DNA of 64,000 nt from Candidatus Marinacidobacterales bacterium (GCA_965226495.1 OZ245365.1:5792001-5856000); one strand, 5' to 3'. Numbered from the stretch's first letter, positions 9,544 through 21,246 are shown. The notes: generated by a model from the sequence alone, not told the origin. Made by a program: numbers and translations.

Positions 9544-11330
9544 TGGCCGGTCCCCTCCAAGGCTCGACGCGAAGCGATCCCTTCGCCCTGCCGCCAGACC
9601 ACCAACTGACCGCCCGTGAGGTTCGTCTGTTTCTCCACGCTGCCGTCGGGCCACCGTACTTCGATCTCGTCGATTTGGTCGGCGTCGTCGAGCCCGAGGT
9701 GGACCCGCGTGTCGCTATGGGAGGCATAGCTCCCACCGTCGGCCACCTCACGCCGCAGCTCGCGAGAGCCGATCCGAGCGATCACGCGGCTTCCGTAGGC
9801 GTGGGTGTTCGGCGCCTGCCCGACGAGCTCCAGAAGCAGGAAACGCTCGGGCCGTCCCGCATCGTTGCGCCACACCCGCGCCCGCCCCCCGCAGCTCGCG
9901 ATCACCAGGTCGCGGTCGCCGTCGCCGTCGATGTCACCCGTGGCTAGGCCTCGGGAGGAAAGCGCCTCACCGGGGAACTCCTTCATCTCGAAGCGGCCCT
10001 GCCCATCGTTGAGGAACAGCTGATCCGGCATGAAGTAACTACTGCCGGGGATGAACTCGGAGGCGTTCTCGAACACGTGGCCGTTTCCCACCGCGAGATC
10101 GAGATCCCCGTCGCCCTCGACATCCAGCGCGCCGATCCCCCAGCTCACCATCTCCAAAGAGGGCAAGCCCAGGCCGCTCGGAAAGCTATCGTCGTTGAAG
10201 AATCCCCTACCGGCATCGACGTAGAAGCGGTTCGGCTCCTTCTGGAAGTTGGTCAGGAAGATCGTCATCTTCCCCTTCCCGGTGAAGTCCCCCGCGGCGG
10301 CACCCATGCCCCCCTCGACCCCCCCGGTCATACCAAAACCGACCCCGGACTCCGCCGCTACCTCTCGGAGGCGCTTGCCCTCATTGAAGTAGAGAAGGTT
10401 TTGAGAGCGGTCGTTGGCGACATAGATATCTTGGTCTCCATCGTCATCGAGATCGCTGACCGCGATTCCCATTCCCCGCCCCGTGGGCACGACTCCCGCT
10501 TCGCTAGAGACGTCCACGAAACGACCGTCCTCGTTCCGGTAGAGCCTATCTGGGGCGGGAGGATACTGCTCAGGGCTGCAGTAAATCTCGAGAGTACCGG
10601 CCTTGCAATGTTTCTCCTTAGAGACGTCGTATTGGAGGTAATTGACGACATAGATGTCCTGATCTCCGTCGAGGTCGTAGTCCAGGAAAGCGGCGGCGTT
10701 ACTCCAGGACGGGTCCTCGGCTCCCACCTCCACGCGTTGGAAGCGCCCTTCACCATTGTTGCGGTAGAGAGCATTGGGTCCGTAGTTGAGGACGTAGAGA
10801 TCCAAGTCGCCGTCGCCGTCGTAATCGCCCACGGCGCAGCCACTGCCGTAGCCAGTGTCCCCGGTACCGGAGAGCTCGGTCACGTCTTCGAACGTACCGT
10901 CGCCGCGATTGCGGAAGAGACGATTGCGGGGGGTCGTGCCGGGAGGCGCACCAGGAAGGGGGGATCCATTTACTAGATAAAGATCCAGGTCTCCGTCCCC
11001 GTCGGCGTCGAAGAGCGCCACACCAGGACTCATCGTCTCGACGTAGTAGTGGCGGCCCGCGGCGCCACTGTAGTGTACGAAGTCCATGCCCGATGCTTTC
11101 GTGACGTCGGTGAAAGGGAAAGAGGATCCCGTGGGCACGTCTTTTCTCTCGGGACCGCTCTCCACCGGGACATCTGCTTTCTTCTCGGTCAGGTCGGTCA
11201 GGTCCGTATTGCCCGCGGGATCCTCCTTGGGCGGGTTCGAGCAGCCGCCGAAAGAAAACGCTGCCATCAGTAGGACAGAAAAAAGGAAGGCGAGCATATT
11301 TTTCTTTGTTGAGTGCGCTGGGGCTGCCAT
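9540..11330 (-). CDS. CRTAC1-family (FG-GAP/VCBS plus ASPIC/UnbV) lipoprotein
   Basis: Lipobox-like FGGC, repeated DxDGDGDLD motifs, C-terminal GGSYASHSDTRVHLGL...IEVRWPDG. Confidence 0.93.
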   Translation of the reverse strand: MAAPAHSTKKNMLAFLFSVLLMAAFSFGGCSNPPKEDPAGNTDLTDLTEKKADVPVESGPERKDVPTGSSFPFTDVTKASGMDFVHYSGAAGRHYYVETMSPGVALFDADGDGDLDLYLVNGSPLPGAPPGTTPRNRLFRNRGDGTFEDVTELSGTGDTGYGSGCAVGDYDGDGDLDLYVLNYGPNALYRNNGEGRFQRVEVGAEDPSWSNAAAFLDYDLDGDQDIYVVNYLQYDVSKEKHCKAGTLEIYCSPEQYPPAPDRLYRNEDGRFVDVSSEAGVVPTGRGMGIAVSDLDDDGDQDIYVANDRSQNLLYFNEGKRLREVAAESGVGFGMTGGVEGGMGAAAGDFTGKGKMTIFLTNFQKEPNRFYVDAGRGFFNDDSFPSGLGLPSLEMVSWGIGALDVEGDGDLDLAVGNGHVFENASEFIPGSSYFMPDQLFLNDGQGRFEMKEFPGEALSSRGLATGDIDGDGDRDLVIASCGGRARVWRNDAGRPERFLLLELVGQAPNTHAYGSRVIARIGSRELRREVADGGSYASHSDTRVHLGLDDADQIDEIEVRWPDGSVEKQTNLTGGQLVVWRQGEGIASRRALEGTGQ

Positions 11331-11478
11331 GTGGCTCCAGGGTGTCTTTAGTTATGTCGTTGGCGCCAAGCCGTCTCATGAGCCGGTAGCAGCAGAAATA
11401 ACTATATCAGCTTTGGCGGTGGTCAGAAGCAGGGCTGGAGTTCGGTGGGAACTTCGGCGTCCCATGCCGCTGCGAGCG

Positions 11479-11506
11479 AAAAAAAGGGGGCCCGGAGGCC
11501 CCCTTT
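11479..11506 (-). terminator. Rho-independent terminator of the TonB receptor gene
   Basis: Minus strand AAAGGGGGCC-TCCG-GGCCCCC followed by a T7 tail. Confidence 0.85.
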
Positions 11507-11531
11507 CGGCTTACGCCTTTTGGCTGTCCTG

Positions 11532-14518
11532 TTAGAAGTTCAAGCGAGCGCCAAGGAACAGACTGCGAGGCACACTGAACAAGACGCCTTCGCCGAAGGC
11601 GACACCACCCTCGCCCGACTCCAGGTCCTGGTTCCGTGTGGCGTCCTGGTTGTCGAAGACGTTGAAGATGTCGGCGAAGAGCTGCACGTTCCACCTTCCG
11701 CCCTGGTTGACGTAGTACTGAATCCGCATGTCGAAAATGCCGAACGAGGGGTTCGTGAGGGCGCCCACCGCGCCCGGCCTAATCCAGCGTTGATTGGTGA
11801 TGCCGGCGAACTCGAACGGTTCGGATACGCGGGACGGTAGGTTCCGCCTGAAGGCCCGGAAGGTGCTGCTGGCGTGCGTTCCCGAGTTCCAGCGGTAGAA
11901 ACCGCCGAGCTCGAGTCCCATGTCGAACCGGTAGGTCCCGGCGAACTTCAACAAGTGGTTGATCAGGCCGGGCTGGGTTGCCTCCTGGTTCGGCGACCGG
12001 GGATCCAGCCACAGCACCCTGGAAGTCCGCGTTGGAGTCCGAGTTGGAGTTCCCCGTCGCATCGCTATAGGTATACCCTGGAAGCCAAGTCGCCTACGAA
12101 GCCAAGGCCTGCCAGCCATCGGAGAAGCGCTTCCGGTAGACGAACTCGAGGTGGTCGGACGTGCGCTCGCCACCCGCCAGGGTGGCGATGACGAAGTTGG
12201 ATGCCGGGAATTCACTATAGCCGAAGTAATCCAGCCCCAGGTACAGAGAGTCGGGATGATCGATCGGCCCCGGATAGCAGTCGCCGGCATACAGACACAT
12301 GTCGTAGTCCTCGAGGATGTCGTCCGTCTTCCGGTGGGTGTAGAGAGCTTGGAAGCTCATCAACGGAGCTACCTCGATCTCGTAGGTGACCTGGAGGTCG
12401 GTGGTGACCGGCGTTTTGGTCGTGGGAGCGAACAGAGCGTCCTGGACCTGCGCCCCGCCGCGGACACGGTAGGTCGTCCACTCCTCGAGGTCCGAGGTAT
12501 AGACCTGCTCGTGCGTAATGGCGCCGGTTAGCGAACCGGCGAAATCCGTCATGTTGAGCCGAATGGGGTCATAGTACTGGCCCCAGAAAACCGACACCTT
12601 CTGCAACCCTTGGCCGCCGATGTCATAGATGGCGCTGAGCCGGGGAGCCCAGGTCGTGTCGAAGAAGCTGATCGACGTGTCGTCCGTCGCAAAGTGATCG
12701 TAATTCTCGGCGCGAAGACCGACGTTGAAGACGAAGTTGTTCACGGAAAAGGTGTCCTGGACGAAGAAGGCGAGGTCCCGCACCCTGAAATCCTTTGGAC
12801 CCTCCTGCACCTGGATGCGCCGCTCGTAGTTGGTTTTGTCATGGGGATTGCCCGCCGTGCTGTTGTAGCGAAGACTGGCGCCGAGCTCCTCTCCAGTGAT
12901 GGTCCCATCCCTGTTGGTGTCGTAGGCGTTCAGGTACTCCTGCTTGCGGGGGCTGGCGTTGACGGTGTCGTTGAATCCGTTGACGTCACTTGGGTTCGTG
13001 GGGTCGAAGCGGCTGTTGCTGAAGTCCCCGGCTACGATCTCGCTCGCGAGGACGCCGGAATGCTGGTTGGCGACCGAGGTCCACTCCCCCGCCGAGATCT
13101 CGTTTTCAAAGCGGGACCTTTCACCCCACTCGAAGCCGCCCCTGACGTCGTGCTGCTCGATGTTCCAATTCGCGCTGACGTTGAAACCCTGGCCATCGCG
13201 TTGGTCAATAATTTCTCGTCCCCATGCGCCGAGCTGCTCGTCCTCGAGGGTGCGAACATCATTGGTGCGGAAGGTGATGTCGTTAGCCGGCCCGGAGTCG
13301 GCGGCTAGGTCGGTGACCTCTCCGTTGTGTTTGCTCCAGTTGGCGTCCATAAGCACGTCGGTGCCAAACAGATGCGACCAAGCGAGACGGAAATTGTTCC
13401 CACCTTGCACCCGGGCGCGGTTACGGGTGTTCAAGATGTTCCGCTCCAGGCGGCCGTCGCGGTCGAACGGATCGCTAAAGAAGGTGAACGAGAAGGTGTC
13501 GCTGGCGCCCGGCGATGCCGTTCCCCTCGCGTACCACTGGTTTTCGACGGTACCCACAGTTCGGAGGAACTCCGCCGTGTCTAGGGTAGCGATGTCGTTA
13601 TCTCTCTCCACCCGGCGGTAGCTAAAGAAGCCCCAGGCTTTGTCCATCACGATCGGTCCGCCCAGAGTGAAGGCGGTGTCGAATCGCGAGAAGTTTTGCG
13701 ACTCGGCGTTCGTGTCCGACGCCTGTAAGCTGTCGTTCTGGAAGAAGTAGTTCGCGGAGCCGTGGAGGAGTGTTGGTTCCCGACTTGGTGACCACGCTCG
13801 AGATTAGTCCGGGGGCCCCCACGTACTGGGCGGGGATACCACCGGTGAGCACCTTCTGCTCCTGGATGATCTCGGTGTTCAGGTTGGATCCGAAGGTTCC
13901 TTGCAACCCGTCCGTGGTGTTCACACCGTCGATGTAGTAGAAGTTGTCTCTGGAGACACCGTTGTCTCCGAAGATGTCCCGGTAGTTCAATCCGGTCTTG
14001 GAGGCCGGGTTGCCCTGCGCCCTGGGATCGTCGGGGAAGACGCCAGGAACGAGCTGGAGATAGTCCTGGTAGGTACGGCCTGTCGGCAGAGATTCCGTCA
14101 GCTCGAGGGTGATGTCCTGGCCGGTCAAGGCGCTGGTGGTGTCCACCAATGGCGTAACCGAAGTGACGGTTACCGTCTCCGCCACGCCCGCCACGGCTAG
14201 GCTCACCTGAAGCGACGCGGTGTGACCGGAACGCACCAAGACGTTTTCGTTCCTGGATGGAGCAAAGCCAGCCATCTTCACCTCGACGACGTACATAGCC
14301 GACGGTGAGAGAGCCTGAAGGGTGGCTTCACCTTGGCTATTGGTCACAACCTCTCTCGGTGTGGTGGAGTCCGAGGCGGATGCGGAGACGACTGCTCCGG
14401 GTAGTCGACCGCCTTGCGCGTCAGACACGATCACCTGGAGAGTGCCTGTGAGGACCTGCGCTGACGCCATGCTTGCGACAAGCACAATCGCCAGGAAGGC
14501 CACAAGTTTAAGTTTCAT
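11532..14518 (-). pseudogene. Oar-like TonB-dependent receptor, broken in this sequence (probably assembly errors)
   Basis: Three ORF pieces join into one protein: signal peptide, carboxypeptidase-reg domain, plug (NFYYIDG, VVTKSGTN), barrel ending LGARLNF. Lesions: one extra base near 13769, a 21-nt insert with TAG at 12076-12096, and a frameshift near 12017. Confidence 0.88.
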
Positions 14519-14935
14519 GATTCCTCCTTGAATCGTAGGTGCGATTGGAAGCAAATGCTCCCTATCTTGAAGCAATAGCACTAGACATATCCTGGTGATT
14601 GTGCAAGAAATATACCCGAAATCAAAAACGGGCTAGTCATCTGAAAGTGTTTATTTTGCAAGGATAAGGCCAAATCAGTATACAGTCCACCCCCGGTCAG
14701 TGAACCACGTTATCCAAAACATTGGATCTTCGTTCACCTTGCCGGATCGTCTACAAAGCGATTGAACTTCTCGCTCAAGGAATTGAGTAATTTTGCCCTA
14801 ACCGCTCGAGCGCGGAAGGGGCAGTGCGGCCTAGAAGTGCAGTCTGGACGTGGTTCGGAAGCGGAGATTACCCAGGAAAGTGCCCGCGAGAAGGAGTTTT
14901 TCTTTCCGGAGGTCGAGAAACGTGCCGACGATCCT

Positions 14936-16288
14936 CTACTCGGAGTCCAGCGATGGGCGGCGACTCGGATCGAGCTCGAAAACGTAGTCGCCCAGATGGG
15001 TGATTTGCTCTTCCCCCATCATGTACCGCAGCGTGTTCTTGAGCTTGGTGAGCTGAATGAACAGGTCGTGCTCGGGGTACACACCCTGAGGAGACATTGG
15101 GCTCTTGAAATAAAATGACAACCACTCTTGGATGCCCTTGAACTTGGCCCGCTGCGCCAAGTCGAAAAAGAGAGCCAGATCCAACACGAGGGGTGCGGCC
15201 AGGATGGAATCTCGGCAAAGGAAGTCCACCTTGATCTGCATCGGGTAGCCCAGCCAGCCGAAGATATCGATGTTGTCCCAACCTTCTTTATTGTCACCCC
15301 GGGGTGGGTAATAGTTGATGCGGACCTTGTGGTAGAAGTCGCCGTAGAGATCGGGGTATAGCTGCGGCTGGAGAATATGTTCGAGCACCGATAATTTGCT
15401 CTCCTCTTTGGTCTTGAAGGAGCCGGGATCGTCCAGGACTTCACCGTCTCGGTTTCCCAGGATGTTGGTGGAGAACCAACCGCTGAGCCCCAGCATGCGA
15501 GCCTTGAGGCCGGGGGCGATGATGGACTTCATTAAGGTCTGCCCGGTCTTGAAGTCTTTGCCCCCGATGGGGACGCCGTTTTGGTAGGCCAGCATCTCGA
15601 GTGCCGGAATGTCTACGGTCAGGTTCGGCGCTCCGTTCGCATAGGGCACGCCGCTCTTCAATGCCGCGTACGCATAGATCATGCTGGGCGCGATCTCGGG
15701 TGAGTTCTCCTTGAGACCCCGCTCGAAGGCCCCGAGGTCCTTGTGCACGTCCCCGGGCGTCAGGTAGGACTCGGTCGACGCGCACCAAACCATGACCGCT
15801 CGCTTCGCGCCGGTCTGGTTCTTGATGGCCTCGATGTCCTCCATGACCTGCTCCGCGAGATCCATCTTGTTCTTGCCCTGCTTGACGTGGGTGCCGTTCA
15901 GACGCTTGACGAAGTTCTGGTCGAAGACTGCCTTAAAGGGCTTGATGGACTCGAGGTCACCTCGAAGTTGTTCGAGCTGAGAACTCTCGAGAACTCCCGC
16001 TTTGGTAGAAGCCTGGAAGGCGTCTTCCTCGAAGATGTCCCACGCCGCGAAGGCGAGGTCTTCGAGTCTTGCCAAGGGGACGAAGTCTTTGATGGCGGGA
16101 ACACGGTTCTCGGTACGCTTTCCGAGCCGGATGGTGCCCATTTGGCTAAGCGAGCCGATCGGCTTGGCGATGCCTTTGAGCACCGCCTGCACGCCCGCGA
16201 TGAACGTGGTGCTTACGGCGCCGAGGCCAGGGAGCATTACGGCGAGCTTCCCATCTGCGCTGTCGATTTGAAATTGTTTCTTGGCCAT
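14936..16288 (-). CDS. ino1: Myo-inositol-1-phosphate synthase
   Basis: GLGAVSTT, WCASTE, NGAPN, GKDFKTGQT, NILGNRDG, GDNKE, RDSILAAP, FYFKSP. Confidence 0.95.
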   Translation of the reverse strand: MAKKQFQIDSADGKLAVMLPGLGAVSTTFIAGVQAVLKGIAKPIGSLSQMGTIRLGKRTENRVPAIKDFVPLARLEDLAFAAWDIFEEDAFQASTKAGVLESSQLEQLRGDLESIKPFKAVFDQNFVKRLNGTHVKQGKNKMDLAEQVMEDIEAIKNQTGAKRAVMVWCASTESYLTPGDVHKDLGAFERGLKENSPEIAPSMIYAYAALKSGVPYANGAPNLTVDIPALEMLAYQNGVPIGGKDFKTGQTLMKSIIAPGLKARMLGLSGWFSTNILGNRDGEVLDDPGSFKTKEESKLSVLEHILQPQLYPDLYGDFYHKVRINYYPPRGDNKEGWDNIDIFGWLGYPMQIKVDFLCRDSILAAPLVLDLALFFDLAQRAKFKGIQEWLSFYFKSPMSPQGVYPEHDLFIQLTKLKNTLRYMMGEEQITHLGDYVFELDPSRRPSLDSE

Positions 16289-16463
16289 GGCTGATTCTCC
16301 GGGCCCCGATGGGGCAGTTTTGGTCTTCCGTCGTGAGAGAAGGCGTCCTTTTTACTCCATTCTGGTCGATCGGTTCAACTCTTAGGAGCTTGGCGGAAAC
16401 GGTGACAGCACGCTGAAGCGTGCGCTTCGTTTTATTCGGAGCTTGGTATAGAAAGGATTGAAT

Positions 16464-17618
16464 CTAACGGCCGCGGAGCAAATCCAAGTTCTCTCGCGCA
16501 ACTTGCGACCACTCCGAGCTAGGATCTTGGGTCAAGTACGCGAGCCAATACTGGGCCGCCAAGTTGCCCGATCCGACCTCCTGGTAAAAGACTGCGAGGT
16601 TGTAGAGCACCATGGGATTCTCCGGCTCGATGCCGCGCGCGCGCTGCAGCAAGCCGAGCCCCTCCCGCATCATCGCAGCGGATTGGTCCGGTTCTCGGAG
16701 CGCTTTCTCGAAATAGAGAACCGCCATCCCATTGAGGACGGCGACGGCGACGGCGACCGACTCCGGTGCAAGCTCCGAAGCTTCTCGTAGCTCGGTCTCG
16801 GCTTCTTTGAGCCGCCCCGCATCGAGTAAGAAAAGGCCCAGCGCCAGCTTGGCCGTTACTTCGTTGGGGGCAAGAGCGACGGCTCGCCGGAATCTAAGTT
16901 CGATCTCCGCTTCGATCGCTTCTTGCTCGGGATCCGTGACGTCGAACCCGCTTCGGGTTACCCGGGCGCGCACGAAGCCTGGAATATAGCGAAGCGGCAC
17001 TCGACCCGTTCCTTGCCGGATGTTGATGAGTGCGTCGGTCGCCTGCGCCACGAGCCGGCGGCTACTCATGGGAGCGATGACGTAGCTTTGAATGACAAAG
17101 AAGAGAACTGCGAACCCGGCGACGGCCGCTGCGACTGGAAGGGTCGTTCTCAATTGACTCCATGGGAGCTTTCGTTGTGAGCTCGGGCTTGTCTCGATGA
17201 TGCGCGATCTGAGCCGGGCTAGGAGCTCCGCCGGGGTGGGGTGAGGGTGCTCGTTCAACACGGCCTCCTCGTTCGCCGAAGGAGGCTTCTCGGAACCGAG
17301 CGCGGCGGCCACATCCCTCAGACAATCCACGCAGCTATCTAAGTGGTCTTCTATTTCGGCTCGCTGCGAGCGAGACAAAGTTCCTTCGATGAAGTGATAC
17401 ACCTCTTCCGGGCTGAGGTGGCCCTCAGTTGGAGGATCCGAATTCATTGCGTTGCCCTCTTTCGTGAAGGCCGAGGGCTCTCTAAGTAACAACACCGCGA
17501 GCTGACATCGCTCGCAGGTAGCGAGGTGGGTTTCCACCCCGCTCAAAATCGCCGGATCCAGCTTACCCCGTGCGTGTGCGGCGAGCACACTGGGAGAGGG
17601 GCAGTCACCCGGACTCAC
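16464..17618 (-). CDS. Anti-sigma factor with two zf-HC2 motifs, TM helix and C-terminal TPRs
   Basis: HLATCERC and HLDSCVDC; TM; TPR; directly downstream of an ECF sigma gene. Confidence 0.85.
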   Translation of the reverse strand: MSPGDCPSPSVLAAHARGKLDPAILSGVETHLATCERCQLAVLLLREPSAFTKEGNAMNSDPPTEGHLSPEEVYHFIEGTLSRSQRAEIEDHLDSCVDCLRDVAAALGSEKPPSANEEAVLNEHPHPTPAELLARLRSRIIETSPSSQRKLPWSQLRTTLPVAAAVAGFAVLFFVIQSYVIAPMSSRRLVAQATDALINIRQGTGRVPLRYIPGFVRARVTRSGFDVTDPEQEAIEAEIELRFRRAVALAPNEVTAKLALGLFLLDAGRLKEAETELREASELAPESVAVAVAVLNGMAVLYFEKALREPDQSAAMMREGLGLLQRARGIEPENPMVLYNLAVFYQEVGSGNLAAQYWLAYLTQDPSSEWSQVARENLDLLRGR

Positions 17619-17682
17619 GCCGACCCCTCCCCACTCAGATGAGACGAATTTTCCATCTGCAGTCCTCCCTCCGTGTAGGACA

Positions 17683-18360
17683 CTAGGTCTCCTTGGTCAA
17701 CTCCTTTTGAACCGCAAGCCGAAGCCTCCGGACGCATTTCTCGACGCCGCTCCGCGAGAGCCCGACCGCCTTACAGGAAGCGAGCTCTGCGATGGTCCGC
17801 CCTTCCAAGAAATAAAAGCGGAACACCAAACGGTCGCGCTTCGGAAAACCGAGTCGCTGTATCACCGCCCCGATCCGTCGCCGGAGCTCATAGGCCTCTG
17901 CGGTGTGCTCGGGACCCGGGCGGGTGCTGGCGACGTTCTCGCCGACGCTCGGCCCTTGCTCACCATCGCTCGTTGGGTATTTCTCGTCGAGTGATGTCGC
18001 CGCCGGCGGCGTCTTTTGAGCACGGAGCTTCTTGAAATGATCGTGCACGAGATTGCAGGCGATGGCACTCAAATAGGTATAGACGGAGTTCTCGTTTCGG
18101 CCCTTGAATTGAGCGAGAGGTTTTCTCTCTGCATCGAGAAGTCGCAGGAATACGTCCTGGGTAAGATCTCGCACCATCTCGCCTGTCCAATCGACATCCG
18201 AGGCTCGATTGTGCACCGCCTCGACTCGAAACCGGCGATAGATCGTAAGCCGGATGCGGCGCTCGAAGCGAGACACGAACTCTAGCCAAGCGGGGTCATC
18301 GGGTCCTGCACCGGCGAGGTGGGCGATGAGCTCCCGGTTGGAAAGCCGCGTGACGTTCAC
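17683..18360 (-). CDS. ECF-type sigma-70 factor
   Basis: AWLEFVSRF, DLTQDVFLRL, YLSAIACNLVHD, region 4 DRLVFRFYFLEGRTIAELA. Confidence 0.9.
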   Translation of the reverse strand: MNVTRLSNRELIAHLAGAGPDDPAWLEFVSRFERRIRLTIYRRFRVEAVHNRASDVDWTGEMVRDLTQDVFLRLLDAERKPLAQFKGRNENSVYTYLSAIACNLVHDHFKKLRAQKTPPAATSLDEKYPTSDGEQGPSVGENVASTRPGPEHTAEAYELRRRIGAVIQRLGFPKRDRLVFRFYFLEGRTIAELASCKAVGLSRSGVEKCVRRLRLAVQKELTKET

Positions 18361-18467
18361 GGTAGTGGCTATATCCGCTCGACGCCCTCCAGGTCAAGGG
18401 CCAGGGGGTGCGGAGAAAGAACGCGTCAGACTCGACAAACTCTCTAGGCGCTACAATGGGAGACGTC

Positions 18468-19244
18468 ATGGGTATCATTGGTCTCGTTCTCGCGCTCGCG
18501 TTGCAGGCGTCGAGCGAAGAGGGATTCCGGGCGCGGCTTCTTGTCGAGGAAGGCGGGGCGAAGGCGAGCTACGTGGTCGATTTCAAACCGGGAATGATCC
18601 GTATCGAGCCGCCCGACACCGACGTCTATTTGATCTTGGACATATCTGCGTCTCGCCTGACGCTCGTAAACCCCGAACACAAATACTCCGTTCGTATTGA
18701 TTCGAAGACCCTGCCACTGGTCGTTGAAGCCGAGCTCGTGGGGCCCAATTGGTTTCCGTGGGTTTCGATGGTAAGCCCCGATCTCATAGAGGGCGTTTCA
18801 TTGGAGGGACGGGGCCGTGCACCCCTCCCCGATGGAAGGCGGGGCCTCCACTATGTTGGCGATAGCCCGGAGTACGATCGACCGGTCGCCGAGTACCGGT
18901 TGGATCCGAAGGCCTCACCTGATCTGTTCTTCCAATGGACCGAGGTTTATGAGGAATTCTGGGGAGAACCGACGCCCGAGGCGGAGGCCGCTCAAAAGAA
19001 GCGGCTCGAGCTTTATGCTAGCCTTCCTCGACTCCCGCTCGTCTCCGAGGAACGTTTCGTTTTTTTGAGCCGTCCGCGGATCATTCGAATTGAAGAACGG
19101 CTGAAGATCCCCGAAGGTGCGTTCACCATCCCGGAAGATTACGAAGAGAAGTCCGTCGTCGACTTGCTTCGCGAAACGCTCACCGAGCGTTTGCTCCAGC
19201 GCTTCGGTATAAAGGGAAGCGGTTCAGCCTTTTGCGCCGGCTAA
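18468..19244 (+). CDS. Exported hypothetical protein
   Basis: Signal peptide; C-terminal [12 protein letters not shown] reminiscent of DUF4412-like proteins; start uncertain. Confidence 0.65.
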   Translation: MGIIGLVLALALQASSEEGFRARLLVEEGGAKASYVVDFKPGMIRIEPPDTDVYLILDISASRLTLVNPEHKYSVRIDSKTLPLVVEAELVGPNWFPWVSMVSPDLIEGVSLEGRGRAPLPDGRRGLHYVGDSPEYDRPVAEYRLDPKASPDLFFQWTEVYEEFWGEPTPEAEAAQKKRLELYASLPRLPLVSEERFVFLSRPRIIRIEERLKIPEGAFTIPEDYEEKSVVDLLRETLTERLLQRFGIKGSGSAFCAG

Positions 19245-19266
19245 CCACATTGAGTATACTTTTTTC

Positions 19267-19818
19267 GTGATGCACGGGAGGAGCTCGCCACGACCCCACG
19301 GAACGACGGTTATCGCCGTCCGACGTGACGACAAGACCGCCATTGCCGCCGACGGACAGGTGACATTGGGCGACACGGTGGTGAAGCATGGGGCTAAGAA
19401 ACTGAGACGGCTTTCTAGCGGCCAAGTCCTCGCCGGATTCGCCGGCACCACCGCCGATGCTCAGGCGCTCTTCACGAAGTTCGAAATCAAGCTTCAAGAA
19501 TACCGTGGAAACCTCGAGCGAGCGGCGGTAGAGCTTGCGAAGGACTGGCGAACCGATCGCGTGCTTCGGCGTTTGGATGCGCTGCTGATCGTTGCCGATT
19601 CGCAACACGTCTTCTTGCTTTCTGGCAACGGCGATCTGATCGAGCCGGACGACGGCGTCATCGCCATCGGTTCCGGTGGGCCCTACGCACTCGCGGCGGC
19701 TCGGGCATTGTTGTCACACACCGAGCTGCCCGCTGCTCAGGTCGCGACCGAGGCGATGCAGATCGCGGCAGAGATTTGCGTTTATACGAATTCGCAAATC
19801 ATGCTCGAGGAAATCTAA
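19267..19818 (+). CDS. hslV: ATP-dependent protease subunit HslV
   Basis: [42 protein letters not shown]. Confidence 0.97.
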   Translation: MMHGRSSPRPHGTTVIAVRRDDKTAIAADGQVTLGDTVVKHGAKKLRRLSSGQVLAGFAGTTADAQALFTKFEIKLQEYRGNLERAAVELAKDWRTDRVLRRLDALLIVADSQHVFLLSGNGDLIEPDDGVIAIGSGGPYALAAARALLSHTELPAAQVATEAMQIAAEICVYTNSQIMLEEI

Positions 19819-19840
19819 TAGAAGGACGGCACGGCAAACG

Positions 19841-21241
19841 ATGGTCTTTTTCCTTCCCGAAACCGCTGGCACCAGCCAATCGCTGGATCAACTCACCCCA
19901 CGCCAGATTGTAGAGGAGCTGGACAAGTACGTGATCGGCCAGCACGCCGCAAAGCGATCGGTGGCGATCGCACTTCGCAATCGAATGCGGCGGTTGAAGC
20001 TCCCACCCGAGATGGCTGACGAAGTGGCGCCGAAGAACATCATCATGATCGGACCCACCGGCGTGGGCAAGACCGAGATCGCGCGGCGACTGGCTCGCCT
20101 GTCGGGCTCGCCGTTCACCAAAGTCGAGGCTTCGAAGTTCACCGAGGTTGGTTACGTCGGCCGGGACGTGGAATCGATGGTGCGCGATTTGGTCGAGATC
20201 GCCGTAGATATGGTCCGGGAGGAGAAGATCTACGAAGTCCAGGACAAAGCGGAAGAAAACGCCGAGGAGCGCTTGTTGGATCTGCTGCTGCCTCCTCTGA
20301 AGCCCGTATACCGCACCGATCAGGAGGAAGCGGCGCAACAACACGCCGCCCAAGACGAGTTTCAGACCACCCGCTCGAAGCTAAGGGCTCAGCTGCGTGG
20401 TGGCAAGCTGGATAACCGCAGCGTAGAGCTGGATGTACGGGATCGGTCGTTCCCCTCCTTCGAAGTCATTACCAGCGGAGGAGTCGAGGAGATGGACATC
20501 AACTTGAAAGATATGCTCCCTGGCCTTTTCGGTGGCAAGACGCGGAAGCGGAAGATGAAAGTGCCGGAGGCGCTCGAGTACTTGATCCAGGAAGAGGAAC
20601 AGAAGCTGGTCGACATGGATCAAGTGGCGCGCCTCGCGGTGGAGCGTACCGAGCAGGCGGGGATAATCTTCGTGGACGAGCTGGACAAGATCGCGGGGAG
20701 AGAAGGGGGCCACGGTCCCGATGTTTCTAGAGAAGGGGTTCAGCGTGATCTACTTCCGATCGTGGAAGGGACCTCGGTCTCGACGAAGTATGGAATGGTG
20801 CGAACCGACCACCTCCTGTTCATTGCCGCGGGGGCCTTTCACGTTTCCAAACCTTCCGATCTCATCCCCGAGCTGCAGGGACGGTTTCCGATCCGCGTGG
20901 AGCTTTCGTCTTTGACGAAGGAGGATTTCGTACGGATCTTAAAGGAGCCGAAGAACGCCCTGCTCAAACAGTACAAAGCGTTACTGGCTACCGAAGGCAT
21001 CGATCTGGACTTCACCGAAGACGCGGTCGATTCGGTGGCTTCCTACTCGATGCGAGTCAACGAGGCGACTGAGAACATCGGCGCGCGGCGCCTCCATACG
21101 ATCATGGAAAAAGTCCTCGACGAGCTTTCCTTCGACGCGCCCGACTTGACGCAAAAGAAGTGGGTTATCGACGCCGCCTACGTAGGTAAGATGGTGGACG
21201 AGGTGGCCAAGGACGACGATCTTTCGCGTTACATTCTCTAA
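19841..21241 (+). CDS. hslU: ATP-dependent protease ATPase subunit HslU
   Basis: [46 protein letters not shown]. Confidence 0.97.
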   Translation: MVFFLPETAGTSQSLDQLTPRQIVEELDKYVIGQHAAKRSVAIALRNRMRRLKLPPEMADEVAPKNIIMIGPTGVGKTEIARRLARLSGSPFTKVEASKFTEVGYVGRDVESMVRDLVEIAVDMVREEKIYEVQDKAEENAEERLLDLLLPPLKPVYRTDQEEAAQQHAAQDEFQTTRSKLRAQLRGGKLDNRSVELDVRDRSFPSFEVITSGGVEEMDINLKDMLPGLFGGKTRKRKMKVPEALEYLIQEEEQKLVDMDQVARLAVERTEQAGIIFVDELDKIAGREGGHGPDVSREGVQRDLLPIVEGTSVSTKYGMVRTDHLLFIAAGAFHVSKPSDLIPELQGRFPIRVELSSLTKEDFVRILKEPKNALLKQYKALLATEGIDLDFTEDAVDSVASYSMRVNEATENIGARRLHTIMEKVLDELSFDAPDLTQKKWVIDAAYVGKMVDEVAKDDDLSRYIL

Positions 21242-21246
21242 CCCGG

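Noticed and set aside
12094-12096. In-frame TAG in the TonB receptor as pyrrolysine or readthrough
   Set aside because: The TAG lies within a mosaic insert and is followed by a separate frameshift; an error explains it better.
13760-13775. Programmed frameshift in the TonB receptor
   Set aside because: No slippery heptamer or stimulatory structure; a single extra base explains it.
14520-14935. Riboswitch (e.g. cobalamin) upstream of the TonB receptor
   Set aside because: No B12-box or other aptamer consensus recognised; it looks like an AT-rich promoter region.
17677-17686. AGGACACTAG resembling the MITE terminus
   Set aside because: Only about 10 bp with no partner end; likely chance.
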